The notes under the pieces: model-generated
The model's input: only the letters and a program-made list of their open reading frames with translations
Databases searched by the model: none
What the model was told of the DNA's origin: nothing
Made by a program: the position numbers and the translations under genes
Part shown: one piece after another, positions 40,991 through 50,872 of the stretch
Numbering within the stretch: position 1 is the first letter of the stretch
Layout: each line of letters starts with the position of its first letter
Assembly (NCBI GenBank): GCA_014360195.1
Contig: JACIXY010000001.1
Location: 186,989 to 250,988, forward strand
Reading direction: 5' to 3'
Origin: Bacillota bacterium
GTDB taxonomy: Bacteria > Bacillota > SHA-98 > UBA4971
Length of the DNA stretch: 64,000 nt

Positions 40991-41537
40991 AGGTGCGACC
41001 GCACCTTCAGGGTGCGGTGCGGCGGCAGGTGAGGTTCACGTGAGTGGGGTGCCCAGGTCGAGGAAGGCCGTTATCGTGCTTGCGGTGCTCGCGGCTGCGT
41101 CCTGCTGCCTGATCGTGGGGACCGCGGTCAACTATATGGGCGCGGCCAGGGCGGCATCGGGATTCTCTGCGTCCATTTCGGAGATAAGCCTGGAGGGGTC
41201 GGCGGACAGGCCCGCTGTGCGTGTCATGCTCGCGTTCGGTAATGACTCCAGCTGGCGGCTTGAGGCCCTGGAGGCACACGTCAGCGTCTTTTTCGGAGAG
41301 GAGTATGTCTGGGGCAGGAGCTTCGACTGGCTCGGCGACCCGATCGTTCTGGGCCCTGGTGACGAGAAGACCGTGCCCCTCGACGTTCACCTCCCACCCC
41401 AAAAACTCCCGGCTGGTGCTGAAGGCGGCATCTGGACGGCGCGGGTGAGTGGTTTGATAGACATGCCGATGTTGGGCAAGAAGGCGTTCCGGTGCTACGG
41501 CAGCACTTCCGCCCCCGGGGCGAATGGGGTGAAGTGA
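40983..41537 (+). CDS. hypothetical membrane-anchored protein (single N-terminal TM; LEA-2-like beta-sandwich possible)
   Basis: A good hydrophobic anchor (VIVLAVLAAASCCLIVGTAV) is followed by a 120-aa soluble region. The start is uncertain (a GTG near 41040 is possible). Confidence 0.35.
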   Translation: MPRGATAPSGCGAAAGEVHVSGVPRSRKAVIVLAVLAAASCCLIVGTAVNYMGAARAASGFSASISEISLEGSADRPAVRVMLAFGNDSSWRLEALEAHVSVFFGEEYVWGRSFDWLGDPIVLGPGDEKTVPLDVHLPPQKLPAGAEGGIWTARVSGLIDMPMLGKKAFRCYGSTSAPGANGVK

Positions 41538-41542
41538 CAGCC

Positions 41543-41953
41543 ATGAGTCGTACGCGTAACCGTATGTGGGACATGGTTCTTGCGACACTCCTCGCGGGGA
41601 CGTTCATCGCCGGCCCGCTTACAGCGCAGGCGTTGCCCAAGCTGGTGCCGGTGAGATTCGTGGCCGCGCACGCGATTCCGTTGGTTTTCTGCGCGGCGCT
41701 CATCGCCGGCATCTGTGTCGGGTTGCAGTCAAGTAATATCCATCGAGGAATTGCCGGTGCCGTGGGAACCGTGGTGGTTGCTGGAGTCATCTCGGGCGTG
41801 GTGCAGTTGCTGCCCACCTTCTCACAGCGCAGCAGCGAGACAGCACTTGTGTCAGTTGCGGTTGGCCAGAAGACGTTCGTCCTCGGTTTAGTTCTCATCC
41901 CCGTTGTTGTTCTTGGGGTTTTCATCGGGTCGGCCGCTTCGCGCGAGGACTAA
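41543..41953 (+). CDS. hypothetical integral membrane protein (4 TM)
   Basis: Four hydrophobic helices. No recognisable family. Confidence 0.35.
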   Translation: MSRTRNRMWDMVLATLLAGTFIAGPLTAQALPKLVPVRFVAAHAIPLVFCAALIAGICVGLQSSNIHRGIAGAVGTVVVAGVISGVVQLLPTFSQRSSETALVSVAVGQKTFVLGLVLIPVVVLGVFIGSAASRED

Positions 41954-42035
41954 GCGATGAAAGGCGCCGGGCCGGCGGGAGAGCGCGGTGTCTCCGGCCC
42001 AAATGGCGAGCCCGGGCCTCCACCGTGACGCGGGC

Positions 42036-42160
42036 TAAATGGGGGTGCAGAAATACTCCCGACTTTTGGGAAGGGTTGCCGGTGACTCAAAGAGAGAGTG
42101 CAACACCGGCAACCCGGCAACTACTGAGTGTGACAGGGACTTACGCAGCCTCACGTAGCT
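42036..42160 (-). repeat. MITE-like element, short form, 12 bp downstream of the beta-lactamase-like gene stop
   Basis: CTAAATGGGGGTGCAGAAATACTCCCGACTTTTGGGAAGGGTTGCCGGTGACTCAAAGAGAGAGTGCAACACCGGCAACCCGGCAACTACTG...CGCAGCCTCACGTAG. Confidence 0.8.
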
Positions 42161-42171
42161 TTCGCGCGCAC

Positions 42172-43083
42172 TCATGCAGCGACCTTGAGCTGGTAGTCGT
42201 ACACCATCTTCGAGATGTCGGCGATCCTGGCGAAGCCTTCATCGATGTCGGGCACGTTCTTCGAGAGAACGACCAGGATGTAAGGGCGTGACGCGAAGAC
42301 TACGCCCACGTCGTTGGCGACACCGCTGACATCGCCCTCCTTGTGTGCTACCACGAGCCCTGGCGGCAGCTTCCCGGGGAGGCCCACGTGGTAGATGGGG
42401 TGGGCCATATCATCGAGGAGCCTTGTCCCAAGGGCCGGATAGTCGCGGCTGAAGTCCAGGACTCCCTGAACGTACTTGGCCATGTCCGCTGCGCAAGTGA
42501 TGTTGCGGCCCTCTGGGAAGACCACTTTGCCGCCGAGGTCCCTCATGAATGCCGCGATGTTGTCCTTCCCGAGGTGGCGTACGAGCATCCTGTACGCCAC
42601 GTTGTCGCTGATGGTTATGGCGAGATTCGCCAGCGTGCGCAGGGAGTAACTGTCGCCGTCCCGCGCGGCGAACTGGAGAATGCCCGCGCCGTCCTGGTAA
42701 TCCAGGGCGCTGTTGTAAACGACCCGGTCGTCCCAGCTTGCTTTGCCGCTCGCCACGAGATGATTCAGGTACAGCACCACCGGCACCTTTACGGTGCTTG
42801 CGGCCGTGATCGGCTCGCGATCGTTTATCCCGAAGCTCGCGCCTGAAGCAAGATCCCGGAAGTATATGGCGTACGTGGCGTCCTGGGACGCGATGTACTC
42901 CCCGAGCATCGCCTTGAGCGGCGCATAATCCGGGGCTGGAGGACGGTGTGTCGTTGCCCCGGGCGTGTTACCCGGGTGTCCTGGCGCGACACGCGTTCCG
43001 ACAAGTCCGTACGCGGAGGCGACCAGGAGCGCGATTGCCGCCGCGGCAACGATGATCCAGCGAAAGAACCTCGTTTTCCTCAC
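42172..43083 (-). CDS. class A beta-lactamase-related serine hydrolase
   Basis: Signal/TM anchor, SxxK motif (AASTVKVP), SDN motif (ITISDN), KTG-like HKEGD. Confidence 0.65.
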   Translation of the reverse strand: MRKTRFFRWIIVAAAAIALLVASAYGLVGTRVAPGHPGNTPGATTHRPPAPDYAPLKAMLGEYIASQDATYAIYFRDLASGASFGINDREPITAASTVKVPVVLYLNHLVASGKASWDDRVVYNSALDYQDGAGILQFAARDGDSYSLRTLANLAITISDNVAYRMLVRHLGKDNIAAFMRDLGGKVVFPEGRNITCAADMAKYVQGVLDFSRDYPALGTRLLDDMAHPIYHVGLPGKLPPGLVVAHKEGDVSGVANDVGVVFASRPYILVVLSKNVPDIDEGFARIADISKMVYDYQLKVAA

Positions 43084-43408
43084 AGGTCATCCTCCTCTCG
43101 TCAAGCTCATGTTTTGGGGTTCCTCAGGGAAACCCCAGCTCACCTGCGTATTATACGATCCCGACGACAGTGCGGCCAGGGTAATTTATGGGTCACATTC
43201 AGGGTGTGGAGCCACCTCGTGGAAACTCCGGCAGGAGATCGCATGTTGGCGATGAATGATCGACACAATACACCCTTCGAGTGGGCAACCGTCTCCGGGT
43301 TGTACGCCTTCCGCTGGGCTGGCTCCGGGGGCGGGCACGGGGGCGAGGGAGAGCGTTCCCCGCGAGAGGGGTGAATGGCGGGAATGGGGCTTCGGAGGAG
43401 TGGTCTGG

Positions 43409-44749
43409 ATGGGTGAGCCAGCGAAAGCGCCGGGCGACATCGTGAGGGGGCCTGGAGGCGCGGCCTGTCCGCAGCCCCTGCTTGGGGCGAAGCCGCAGGC
43501 CAGCGTGGTCGAGGACTTCGCCAGGTATGTGTCCCCCGGGAGGGTGGAGGTGTACCGAGCCCTCGGGTTCGACGCGGTTCCTGGCAGGCGCGAAGGGGTG
43601 TACGTCTGGGACCTAGACGGCAGGCGATACATCAACTGCCGGTCGAGCGGGGGCGTGTTTAACCTTGGGCATCGCCCACCCGCAGTGGTGAACGCGCTCA
43701 AGGAAGCGCTCGATGTCCTCGACATCGGGGACCACATGCTCCTCAGCGAACAGCGGGCCAGGCTCGCTGCCAGGCTCGCTGAGCTTACCCCCGGCGACAT
43801 CACGTATAGCTTTTTCACACCGAGCGGCGGCGAGGCGTGCGATGTCGCCATCAAGCTGGCCCGGGGTTACACGGGCCGCCCAGGCGTTGTCTCGGCGATC
43901 GACGGTTACCATGGTCACACGGGATTTGCCCTTTCGGCAGGGGATACCCGCTTCAAGAGGCACTTTGAGCCGCTCATGCCTGGGTTCACCCAGGTGCCTT
44001 TCGGGGACATCGACGCCGTAAGGCGCGCGGTTGATGAGACCACGGCCGCCGTGATATTCGAAACCATCCCGGCCACGGCGGGGATCATCATTCCGCCTGA
44101 CGACTTCTACCCGGCTGTCAGGAAGATCTGCGATAGCAGAGGCGCCCTACTCATCCTCGACGAGGTGCAGGCCGGGCTCGGGCGGACAGGCCGCCTGTGG
44201 GCCATCGATGAGTGGGGCGTGGTCCCGGACATCCTGGTCCTGGGCAAGGGGATGAGCGGCGGGGTTTACCCTCTATCTGCGGTGTGCTATAGGGAGCACG
44301 TCGATGAGTTCTTCAAGCGGAACCCGTTTGTGCACCTGACCTCTTTCGGTGGCGCGGACCTGGGGTGCGTGTGCGCCCTGGCGATGCTTGACGAGATCTG
44401 CCGCCCTGGGTTCCTGGACCACGTGGAGGAGATGGGCGTGCGTTTCGAGCGCGGGTTCGCGCGGCTGAAAGAGAAACACCCGGAGACCGTGGCGGGCTGG
44501 AGGCGGCGCGGGCTGATGATGGCCTTCGAGCTTGCGGAGGACAAGCTTGGCCCCATGATGACTTATGCCCTTGGCAAGAACGGTGTAATCGCCGTGTTCT
44601 CCGACTTTCGCCCCAGGGCGATGCAGATAATGCCGCCCCTCATAATACAGCCTGCCGAGGTGGACGAGGTGCTCGACGCGATGGACCGGGCGCTTGACCT
44701 GGTGGAGGGCATGGTCGCCGCCGGAGTGCCGGCCCCGTACATCCCTTGA
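43409..44749 (+). CDS. class-III (omega) aminotransferase, PLP-dependent
   Basis: Class III fold motifs (GGVFNLGHRPP, ILDEVQAGLGRTGRLWA, lysine in LVLGKGMSGG). The ATG at 43409 follows RBS GGAGGAG. The upstream in-frame extension is Gly/Pro-rich and looks non-coding. Confidence 0.8.
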   Translation: MGEPAKAPGDIVRGPGGAACPQPLLGAKPQASVVEDFARYVSPGRVEVYRALGFDAVPGRREGVYVWDLDGRRYINCRSSGGVFNLGHRPPAVVNALKEALDVLDIGDHMLLSEQRARLAARLAELTPGDITYSFFTPSGGEACDVAIKLARGYTGRPGVVSAIDGYHGHTGFALSAGDTRFKRHFEPLMPGFTQVPFGDIDAVRRAVDETTAAVIFETIPATAGIIIPPDDFYPAVRKICDSRGALLILDEVQAGLGRTGRLWAIDEWGVVPDILVLGKGMSGGVYPLSAVCYREHVDEFFKRNPFVHLTSFGGADLGCVCALAMLDEICRPGFLDHVEEMGVRFERGFARLKEKHPETVAGWRRRGLMMAFELAEDKLGPMMTYALGKNGVIAVFSDFRPRAMQIMPPLIIQPAEVDEVLDAMDRALDLVEGMVAAGVPAPYIP

Positions 44750-44757
44750 AAGCGACT

Positions 44758-44955
44758 GAGCGAAGGTGCGTTAGTCCTCGTCCCTCTGCCAGTAGTTGGC
44801 GGGTTGCCGGTGTTGCACTCGGGGACGGCGCCCCAAGCGGGGCGCGCTTCGCCAAAACCGGGCCCGTCGGGCAAGTGGCCGGATTTTGACACCCCTCGGG
44901 CAGGCACCGGCAACCCCTCCCAAAAGTCGGGAGCATTTCTGCACCCCACTTAGAG
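44758..44955 (+). repeat. MITE-like element, long form, ending 20 bp before the start of the RPH-like gene
   Basis: TIRs GAGCGAAGGTGCG ... GCACCCCACTTAGAG. Core about 92% identical to 7425-7623. Confidence 0.85.
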
Positions 44956-44974
44956 CCATGGAGGGAACGTCCAG

Positions 44975-47848
44975 GTGGATCCCTACGTTTTGAGGCTTGA
45001 CGAGATCGGACCCGAGCATGATGCCCTCGTGGGCGGGAAGGCGCGCAACCTCGCCAGGCTGATCCGCGCAGGGTTGCCTGTGCCCCTAGGGTTTGTCATC
45101 ACGACCGCAGCCTATCTTCGGCATGCGGCAGGGGACCACTGTGATGCGCGGGGGATAGCGGAGCCCGAGAGCGGAGCGTTGCTCTCGCCCATGAGCGTGC
45201 CGGACGACTCAAGCGCCCCGGGCGGGGAGCTGCCGACTATGGATGCCGGGTGCCGGGCCGACTCTGGGCCGCAGCGGGAGATCGCGTCCACCCTGTGGAG
45301 CGCGGTCCGCGAGGCCTACGAGGAACTTCTGCGCTTTCATCCGGCCGCGTCTTGTGCTGTACGATCCTCTGCTAACGTAGAGGATGAGGTGGGGTCCTCG
45401 CATGCGGGACAGTACGACACGGTCCTCGGAGTGGAGGACTGGGATGCCCTGGTCGAGGCCGTCCTCGCCTGTTGGGGATCGCTGAATGGAGAGAGAACGC
45501 GCGCGTACTCGCCGCATCGCGAGACACGACGTGGTCGGCGCCACCTGGAGCAGGCTATGGCCGTAATCGTGCAGCTCGAGGTGCCCGCGGAGGTGAGCGG
45601 CGTCCTCTTTACCCTCAATCCCCAGTCCGGCAAGGAGAACGAGATGCTGGTTGAGGCCACCTGGGGACTGGGCGAGGCGCTGGTGGCGGGGCTCGCCACC
45701 CCTGACAGATTCGTGGTAGACACCTGGGCGGAAGCGGTTGTGGATGTGCGGGTGAGCGACAAAAAGGTTATGGTGGCGTCCGGTGGTGCGGGGCCAACAC
45801 CTGTGCCTGACAAGATGCGGACAAAGCGCACGCTCGATGACGGGGCTCTGCTACGCCTTGCCCGACTGGGCGAGAAGATCCAGGAGGAGTATGGCCTGCC
45901 CCAAGATATCGAGTGGGCCCTGTCCGGTAACCAGATCTTCATACTTCAGGCGCGCCCCCTCACAGCTTTTTCTTTCGCGGCAGATTTCGGTGAGTGGACG
46001 TCGGCGAACTTCAGAGAGGTGATGCCCGGGTTTGCCTCTTACCTGAGCCAGTCCATGTCTTTCCACCACGATTTTGCCCGAGCGATGGACGAAGTCTTCA
46101 AGCGCATAAGGCTGTACCGTAAGGAGGACGCAGGCACGAGGTGGGCGGCGACATTCTTCGGCCACGGCTACTGGAACGTGGGCGCGGCCAAGCGGGTCGC
46201 GGCGCGGGTCCCAGGATTCAGGGAGCGCGCCTTCGACAGGACGGTCGGGATCGTCCCCTCGTATGAAGGGGACGGAGATGTGACCCCATGGACGCCTGCG
46301 ACGGTCCTGCGGGCGCTTCCCTCGCTTTTCGCTCTGAAGAAGCATTACCGGCTCGCGGTCGAGGAGGCTAGACGTTTTATCTCGTGGTTCGACGCAAATG
46401 AGCGCAAGTGGGACGAGGTGAAGCCGGAGGCGCTTGACGACACTGACCTCAAGTCGTGGGCGAAGTTCGCCATCGACCTGCATTGGCGGGCCAACCGTTG
46501 GGCCCTCGTGATCTCTCTCCTCGGGACGCAGGCCCAAGACGACTTTCATGCCACGGTAGAGAAGCTCAACAGGCACGCCAAAAAAGCAGGCAGGGCGGTA
46601 TCCGAAGCCCGTCTTCTCACCGGCATCTCCCGGATGGCCACGGCGAGGCCCCTGGCTGCTCTCTGGGAGCTTGCCAGGTTTGCCGAGGCAAGGCCCGTGG
46701 TTGCAGACACTCTGAAGAGGCTGTCGCCCTGGGAACTCTCGGAGGTGTTCAGACGATGGGAGGCCGAGGCAGGGGACGGCTTGTGTACCACCGGCGGCGA
46801 GGCGCCCGATTTGGGGGAGTTCTGGAGACGGTTCGCCGCGTGCATCTCGGAGTTCCGTTATATGTCGGAGGTTGACGAGGACCTCGCTGTTCCAAGATGG
46901 TCCGAGGACGTGGCCCTCCCTCTCTCGATGCTGCAGGCGTGTTTGTCTGGAGAGGTCGGGGAAGATCCGCGCCTGCAGATAGCCCGCCAGGAGCAAGTGC
47001 GTAGAGAGGAGGAACAGGTTGCCGCCTGCATGCTAAGGGCGCCCGGCTGGGCCGCCTGGCTCAACCCATTCCGGCTTCGCGGGTTCCGCGCGCAGCTCGA
47101 ACTGGTGAGGCGTCTTGCGTGGTGGCGTGAGGAAACCCGCGTGTATCTGAGCCGCGCAAGGTACCATACGAGGCGCTTCCTCAAGGAGCAGGGGAGGCGC
47201 TGGGCGGCAAAGGGCATGCTCGGCGCGGACGACGACATCTTCTGGATGTCCCGGGACGAAGTGCTCGGCTTGCTTGAGGGATCAGCTGACTTTCGGAAGG
47301 TACGTGAGACGGTCAAGAGAAGGCGCCGCATCCCCGTGGCATACAGGAACTTTGTCCCTCCACCTGTGATCCAGCCGGGCCCCGCTCGCGTTCTCACGAA
47401 GCGTTCTCTGGCTCCTCGCGCACGCAGCACGGAGGATACAGTCGCCATGGTATACCTCAACCGCCAGAATACCATGCCTGCTCCCGTGACGGAGGCTGCG
47501 AGCGCGCATCAGACGTATACGGGCGTGGGCTGCTCGGCAGGGGTGGTTCGCGGCGTCGCCAGGGTGATCAGATCTCTCGACGAAGCGGGCACTCTCCGGA
47601 AAGGCGAGGTCCTGGTGGCCCCCTTTGCAAACCCAGGCTGGATGCCCCTTTTCAACGTTGCGTCTGCAATTGTGCTTGAAGAGGGAGGCCTTCTGTCCCA
47701 TAGCGCTGTGGTTGCCAGAGAGTACGGAATTCCAGCGGTGTTGCAGGTCGAAGGGGCGACGACCAGGCTGCACACCGGAGATCTCGTAGTTGTCGACGGG
47801 GGGCGGGGCGTCGTTGAGGTGCTCCGAAGGAGCCACGAGGAAGGCTAA
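44975..47848 (+). CDS. PEP-utilising three-domain phosphotransferase, rifampicin-phosphotransferase (RPH)-like architecture (PPDK_N ATP-grasp + central domain + C-terminal swivel His domain)
   Basis: N-terminal VGGKARNLARLIRAGLPVPLGFVITTAAYL...DIEWALSGNQIFILQARP (PEP synthase/PPDK nucleotide-binding domain). C-terminal GWMPLFNVASAIVLEEGGLLSHSAVVAREYGIPAV (PEP-utilisers mobile domain). No TIM-barrel PEP/pyruvate domain. GTG start. Confidence 0.7.
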   Translation: MDPYVLRLDEIGPEHDALVGGKARNLARLIRAGLPVPLGFVITTAAYLRHAAGDHCDARGIAEPESGALLSPMSVPDDSSAPGGELPTMDAGCRADSGPQREIASTLWSAVREAYEELLRFHPAASCAVRSSANVEDEVGSSHAGQYDTVLGVEDWDALVEAVLACWGSLNGERTRAYSPHRETRRGRRHLEQAMAVIVQLEVPAEVSGVLFTLNPQSGKENEMLVEATWGLGEALVAGLATPDRFVVDTWAEAVVDVRVSDKKVMVASGGAGPTPVPDKMRTKRTLDDGALLRLARLGEKIQEEYGLPQDIEWALSGNQIFILQARPLTAFSFAADFGEWTSANFREVMPGFASYLSQSMSFHHDFARAMDEVFKRIRLYRKEDAGTRWAATFFGHGYWNVGAAKRVAARVPGFRERAFDRTVGIVPSYEGDGDVTPWTPATVLRALPSLFALKKHYRLAVEEARRFISWFDANERKWDEVKPEALDDTDLKSWAKFAIDLHWRANRWALVISLLGTQAQDDFHATVEKLNRHAKKAGRAVSEARLLTGISRMATARPLAALWELARFAEARPVVADTLKRLSPWELSEVFRRWEAEAGDGLCTTGGEAPDLGEFWRRFAACISEFRYMSEVDEDLAVPRWSEDVALPLSMLQACLSGEVGEDPRLQIARQEQVRREEEQVAACMLRAPGWAAWLNPFRLRGFRAQLELVRRLAWWREETRVYLSRARYHTRRFLKEQGRRWAAKGMLGADDDIFWMSRDEVLGLLEGSADFRKVRETVKRRRRIPVAYRNFVPPPVIQPGPARVLTKRSLAPRARSTEDTVAMVYLNRQNTMPAPVTEAASAHQTYTGVGCSAGVVRGVARVIRSLDEAGTLRKGEVLVAPFANPGWMPLFNVASAIVLEEGGLLSHSAVVAREYGIPAVLQVEGATTRLHTGDLVVVDGGRGVVEVLRRSHEEG

Positions 47849-47977
47849 TGATCAGGCTGGCTCCGCGAAGTTCATCGCGGGTAGACCCTGCTCTGTCCGC
47901 CGAGCCGTAAACCCCACCTGACGCGGTCCAAAGTGGCGGGCCGGGTGATTGATTGGCGATGTGTTATCCTGGCGCGT

Positions 47978-48391
47978 TCAGTCCGTTACCGGCTCCCAGT
48001 CGAACAGCTCTTCGTCTGCGAGGCCGAAGATGTGCTCCGCAGCGGCCTCCTCGTTTTTATGCTTGAGGACGTCGGGGAGGGAACGCTGTACAGTGGGTTT
48101 GAGCCTGACGACCACGGCTTTTCCGCGAGATGTGATTCTTGCGCATGGATCGCCGGACGCGATGTTCTTGATGTTGCCCTTACCGAACGTACAGCCCGTT
48201 GAGAGCTGCAGCCCGTCGTTCATGCAGGCAACCGGGGGCGTATCTCCTGCGAATGACTCGACCGTGATGCCGAAGTACTTCTTCGCGCGGAGCTGTTCGA
48301 GGGCAAGGAGTCCCATCCTGTAACCGATAACTACGTACGGACCAAGATGGCCGTGGAACTCTCTGATCCGCCCCAGAACCTCGTTCATCAT
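47978..48391 (-). CDS. FmdE/FwdE-domain protein (formylmethanofuran dehydrogenase subunit E-like, Zn-binding)
   Basis: FHGHLGPYVVIGYRMG and CMNDGLQLSTGCTFGKGNI are hallmark motifs. ATG-ATG start after RBS GGGAGGGAAGG. The upstream in-frame extension is Arg-rich and looks non-coding. Confidence 0.7.
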   Translation of the reverse strand: MMNEVLGRIREFHGHLGPYVVIGYRMGLLALEQLRAKKYFGITVESFAGDTPPVACMNDGLQLSTGCTFGKGNIKNIASGDPCARITSRGKAVVVRLKPTVQRSLPDVLKHKNEEAAAEHIFGLADEELFDWEPVTD

Positions 48392-48603
48392 CCTTCCCTC
48401 CCTGGGACTTGAGGCCGTTGTCACGGGCAGCCGTCTCCGGGCCTCCCAGGAGGCGGTGCCGCCGGAGTGTCGGGTGCCACCGCGCTGCCCACGAGGCGGC
48501 ACGAAGAACCGACAACGCGCCGCGCCGTGGCCTGCGTGCCGCGACCACGTGGAGAGCGGCGCGAAGGCGCGCCTTTGCGTTTGCCTGTGATTTCTCTTTT
48601 GCC

Positions 48604-49269
48604 TTACGATATTAGACAACGGGCTTCCGAGTCCTTCTCCAGGCTCTCCAGCCGCTCCTCGAGTTCCTCTATTCTGTGGCTGAGGGATTCAAGCGCCGAC
48701 TGGACGGGGTCTGGCAGGTTCTGGTGGTTGAGGTCAATCCCCGGGACGCGCTTGCCGTACCTGGCGACGACCCTGCCCGGCACGCCCACCACGGTCGCGC
48801 CGGCCGGCACTGGCCTCAGCACCACGGCCCCGGCGCCGATCTTCGCCTCATCACCGACCTCGAATGACCCCAGTACCTTTGCTCCGGCGGCTATGACGAC
48901 GCGGTTCCCAATGGTTGGATGGCGCTTACCCTTCTCCTTGCCGGTGCCGCCGAGGGTCACTCCCTGGTAGATGGTGACGTCGTCGCCGATCTCCGTGGTC
49001 TCGCCGATCACGACGCCCATGCCGTGGTCAATGAAAAGGCGGCGTCCGATGCGCGCTCCAGGGTGGATCTCTATCCCGGTCAGGAAGCGCACTACGTGTG
49101 AGATGAGCCTTGCGATGACGAACATCTTCCTCTGATAGAAGAAATGGGCGATCCTGTACCCTATGACCGCGTGAAGCCCAGGGTAGCACAGGATGACCTC
49201 GAGCACGTTCTTGGCTGCGGGGTCCCGCTCGAATACGACCTTGATGTCCTCACGAATGCGCTCAAACAT
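48604..49269 (-). CDS. cysE: serine O-acetyltransferase
   Basis: N-terminal SATase domain, then hexapeptide repeats ([38 protein letters not shown]). Confidence 0.9.
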   Translation of the reverse strand: MFERIREDIKVVFERDPAAKNVLEVILCYPGLHAVIGYRIAHFFYQRKMFVIARLISHVVRFLTGIEIHPGARIGRRLFIDHGMGVVIGETTEIGDDVTIYQGVTLGGTGKEKGKRHPTIGNRVVIAAGAKVLGSFEVGDEAKIGAGAVVLRPVPAGATVVGVPGRVVARYGKRVPGIDLNHQNLPDPVQSALESLSHRIEELEERLESLEKDSEARCLIS

Positions 49270-49440
49270 GGGAAGCTCCCCCCAACTATGAATTCGGGAT
49301 AATACCCTAGTATTTCAGTCGGGTTTGTTGTATTATAACACACGAGGGCGCGATGCGCTAGGGGTTGGACGCCCGGCCGCCGGACCAGGCTCTGCAACCA
49401 GCAGGGCGCGCAGAGCGCAGGCCGAGGTTACGAGGAGACG

Positions 49441-49468
49441 GACAGGAACTTACGCACCCTCACTTAGG
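49441..49468. repeat. solo terminal-inverted-repeat fragment of the MITE-like family in the cysK 5' region
   Basis: GACAGGAACTTACGCACCCTCACTTAGG matches the arm-TIR junction of the other copies. Confidence 0.5.
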
Positions 49469-49583
49469 GATGCAGAGGAGCGCCCGCAAGGCAGCGCGCA
49501 AAGCACGAATGGCGGGCTCGGCTGGTGGATGCGAGCCCCAGCAGCAGGAGCCTTCGAAGTGTTCGAGGAGAGTGATTGTCGTG

Positions 49584-50498
49584 GCAAGAATCGCCGAGAG
49601 CGTGCAGGACATTATCGGGAGGACACCCCTTGTCAGGATCCGTCGGATTGCTGGAGGGCTACGGGCGGAGATCGCGGCGAAGCTGGAATTCATGAATCCA
49701 GGCGGGAGCGTGAAGGACCGCACCGCCCTCGGGATGCTCCTCGCAGCGGAGAAGGATGGCAGGCTTGGACCAGGGTCGGTCGTCGTGGAGCCAACCAGCG
49801 GCAACACGGGGATCGCCCTTGCGATGCTCTGCGCATCGCGCGGCCTGCGCCTCATCGTGACCATGCCTGAATCTATGAGCGTCGAGAGGCGCAGGATCCT
49901 TGAGGCTTACGGCGCAGAGGTTGTGCTTACCCCCGCCGGCGAGGGGATGGCCGGGGCGGTGCGCCGGGCCGCAGCCATCGCAGGTTCAACGCCTGGGGCG
50001 TTCATGCCCCAGCAGTTTACAAATCCCGCAAACCCTGACATCCACCGCAGAACGACGGCGAGGGAGATCTGGGAGGATACCGACGGCAAGGTGGACGTGC
50101 TGGTCGCGGGGGTGGGCACAGGCGGAACCATCACGGGGGTGGGCGAAGTTCTCAAGGCCAAGAACCCTTGCCTGCGCGTCGTTGCGGTGGAGCCGGAGGA
50201 GTCCCGGGTACTCGAGGGCGGACCGGCCGGACGGCATGGAATCCAGGGCATCGGCGCAGGGTTTGTGCCTGACGTGTTGAACGTCGGCATCATAGATGAG
50301 GTCGTGCCTGTGTCAACCGCTGACGCCGTTCTGATGGCCGGCAGGCTTGCCAGGGAGGAGGGCATCCTGGCAGGCATCTCCTCGGGCGCGGCGCTTGCGG
50401 CCGCCGTGCGCGTCGCAGGGCGGCCCGAGAACGAGGGGCGCCTCGTGGTCGTGGTCTTCCCTGACGGCGGCGAGAGGTACCTATCAAGTGCCGGCTGA
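49584..50498 (+). CDS. cysK: cysteine synthase A (O-acetylserine sulfhydrylase)
   Basis: PLP-lysine motif [28 protein letters not shown] start after GAGGAG. The upstream in-frame extension is Arg-rich and looks non-coding. Confidence 0.9.
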   Translation, partial: ARIAESVQDIIGRTPLVRIRRIAGGLRAEIAAKLEFMNPGGSVKDRTALGMLLAAEKDGRLGPGSVVVEPTSGNTGIALAMLCASRGLRLIVTMPESMSVERRRILEAYGAEVVLTPAGEGMAGAVRRAAAIAGSTPGAFMPQQFTNPANPDIHRRTTAREIWEDTDGKVDVLVAGVGTGGTITGVGEVLKAKNPCLRVVAVEPEESRVLEGGPAGRHGIQGIGAGFVPDVLNVGIIDEVVPVSTADAVLMAGRLAREEGILAGISSGAALAAAVRVAGRPENEGRLVVVVFPDGGERYLSSAG

Positions 50499-50648
50499 GC
50501 GGCGCTTCGTTACAAGACGCAGCCGCTGGGCGCTTGTCGGTCGAGGTCCCGCCGTCTCGCCGAGGCATCTCTACCGACCACGGCTGCTATGTGTCCTCTG
50601 TTCTGCGCATAATAGCCACAGAGCAAAAGAACGTGGCAACGCAAAGCT

Positions 50649-50797
50649 AGGTGAGGGTTCAGCAATGCTTCCCACTTGTGGGAAGGGTTGCCGGTGGTTG
50701 CACGAGGGATGTCAAAACCCGGCCACTCGCCTGACGGGCCGGATTTCGGCGAAGTGACCCCGCTGGAGGCGCCATCCCCGAGTGCAAAACCGCCGCT
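50649..50797 (-). repeat. MITE-like element, long form, degenerate at one end
   Basis: TAGGTGAGGGTTCAGCAATGCTTCCCACTTGTGGGAAGGGTTGCCGGTGGTTGCACGAGGGATGTCAAAACCCGGCC...GGCCGGATTTCGGCGAAG... is the reverse complement of the 7425-7623 core. Confidence 0.75.
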
Positions 50798-50872
50798 AAC
50801 CCACCAGATGTGGGCACACTGCGAGGAACCAATGAGTCCTTACTCAGCTGCGCAGGACGGAGGCTGATACAG

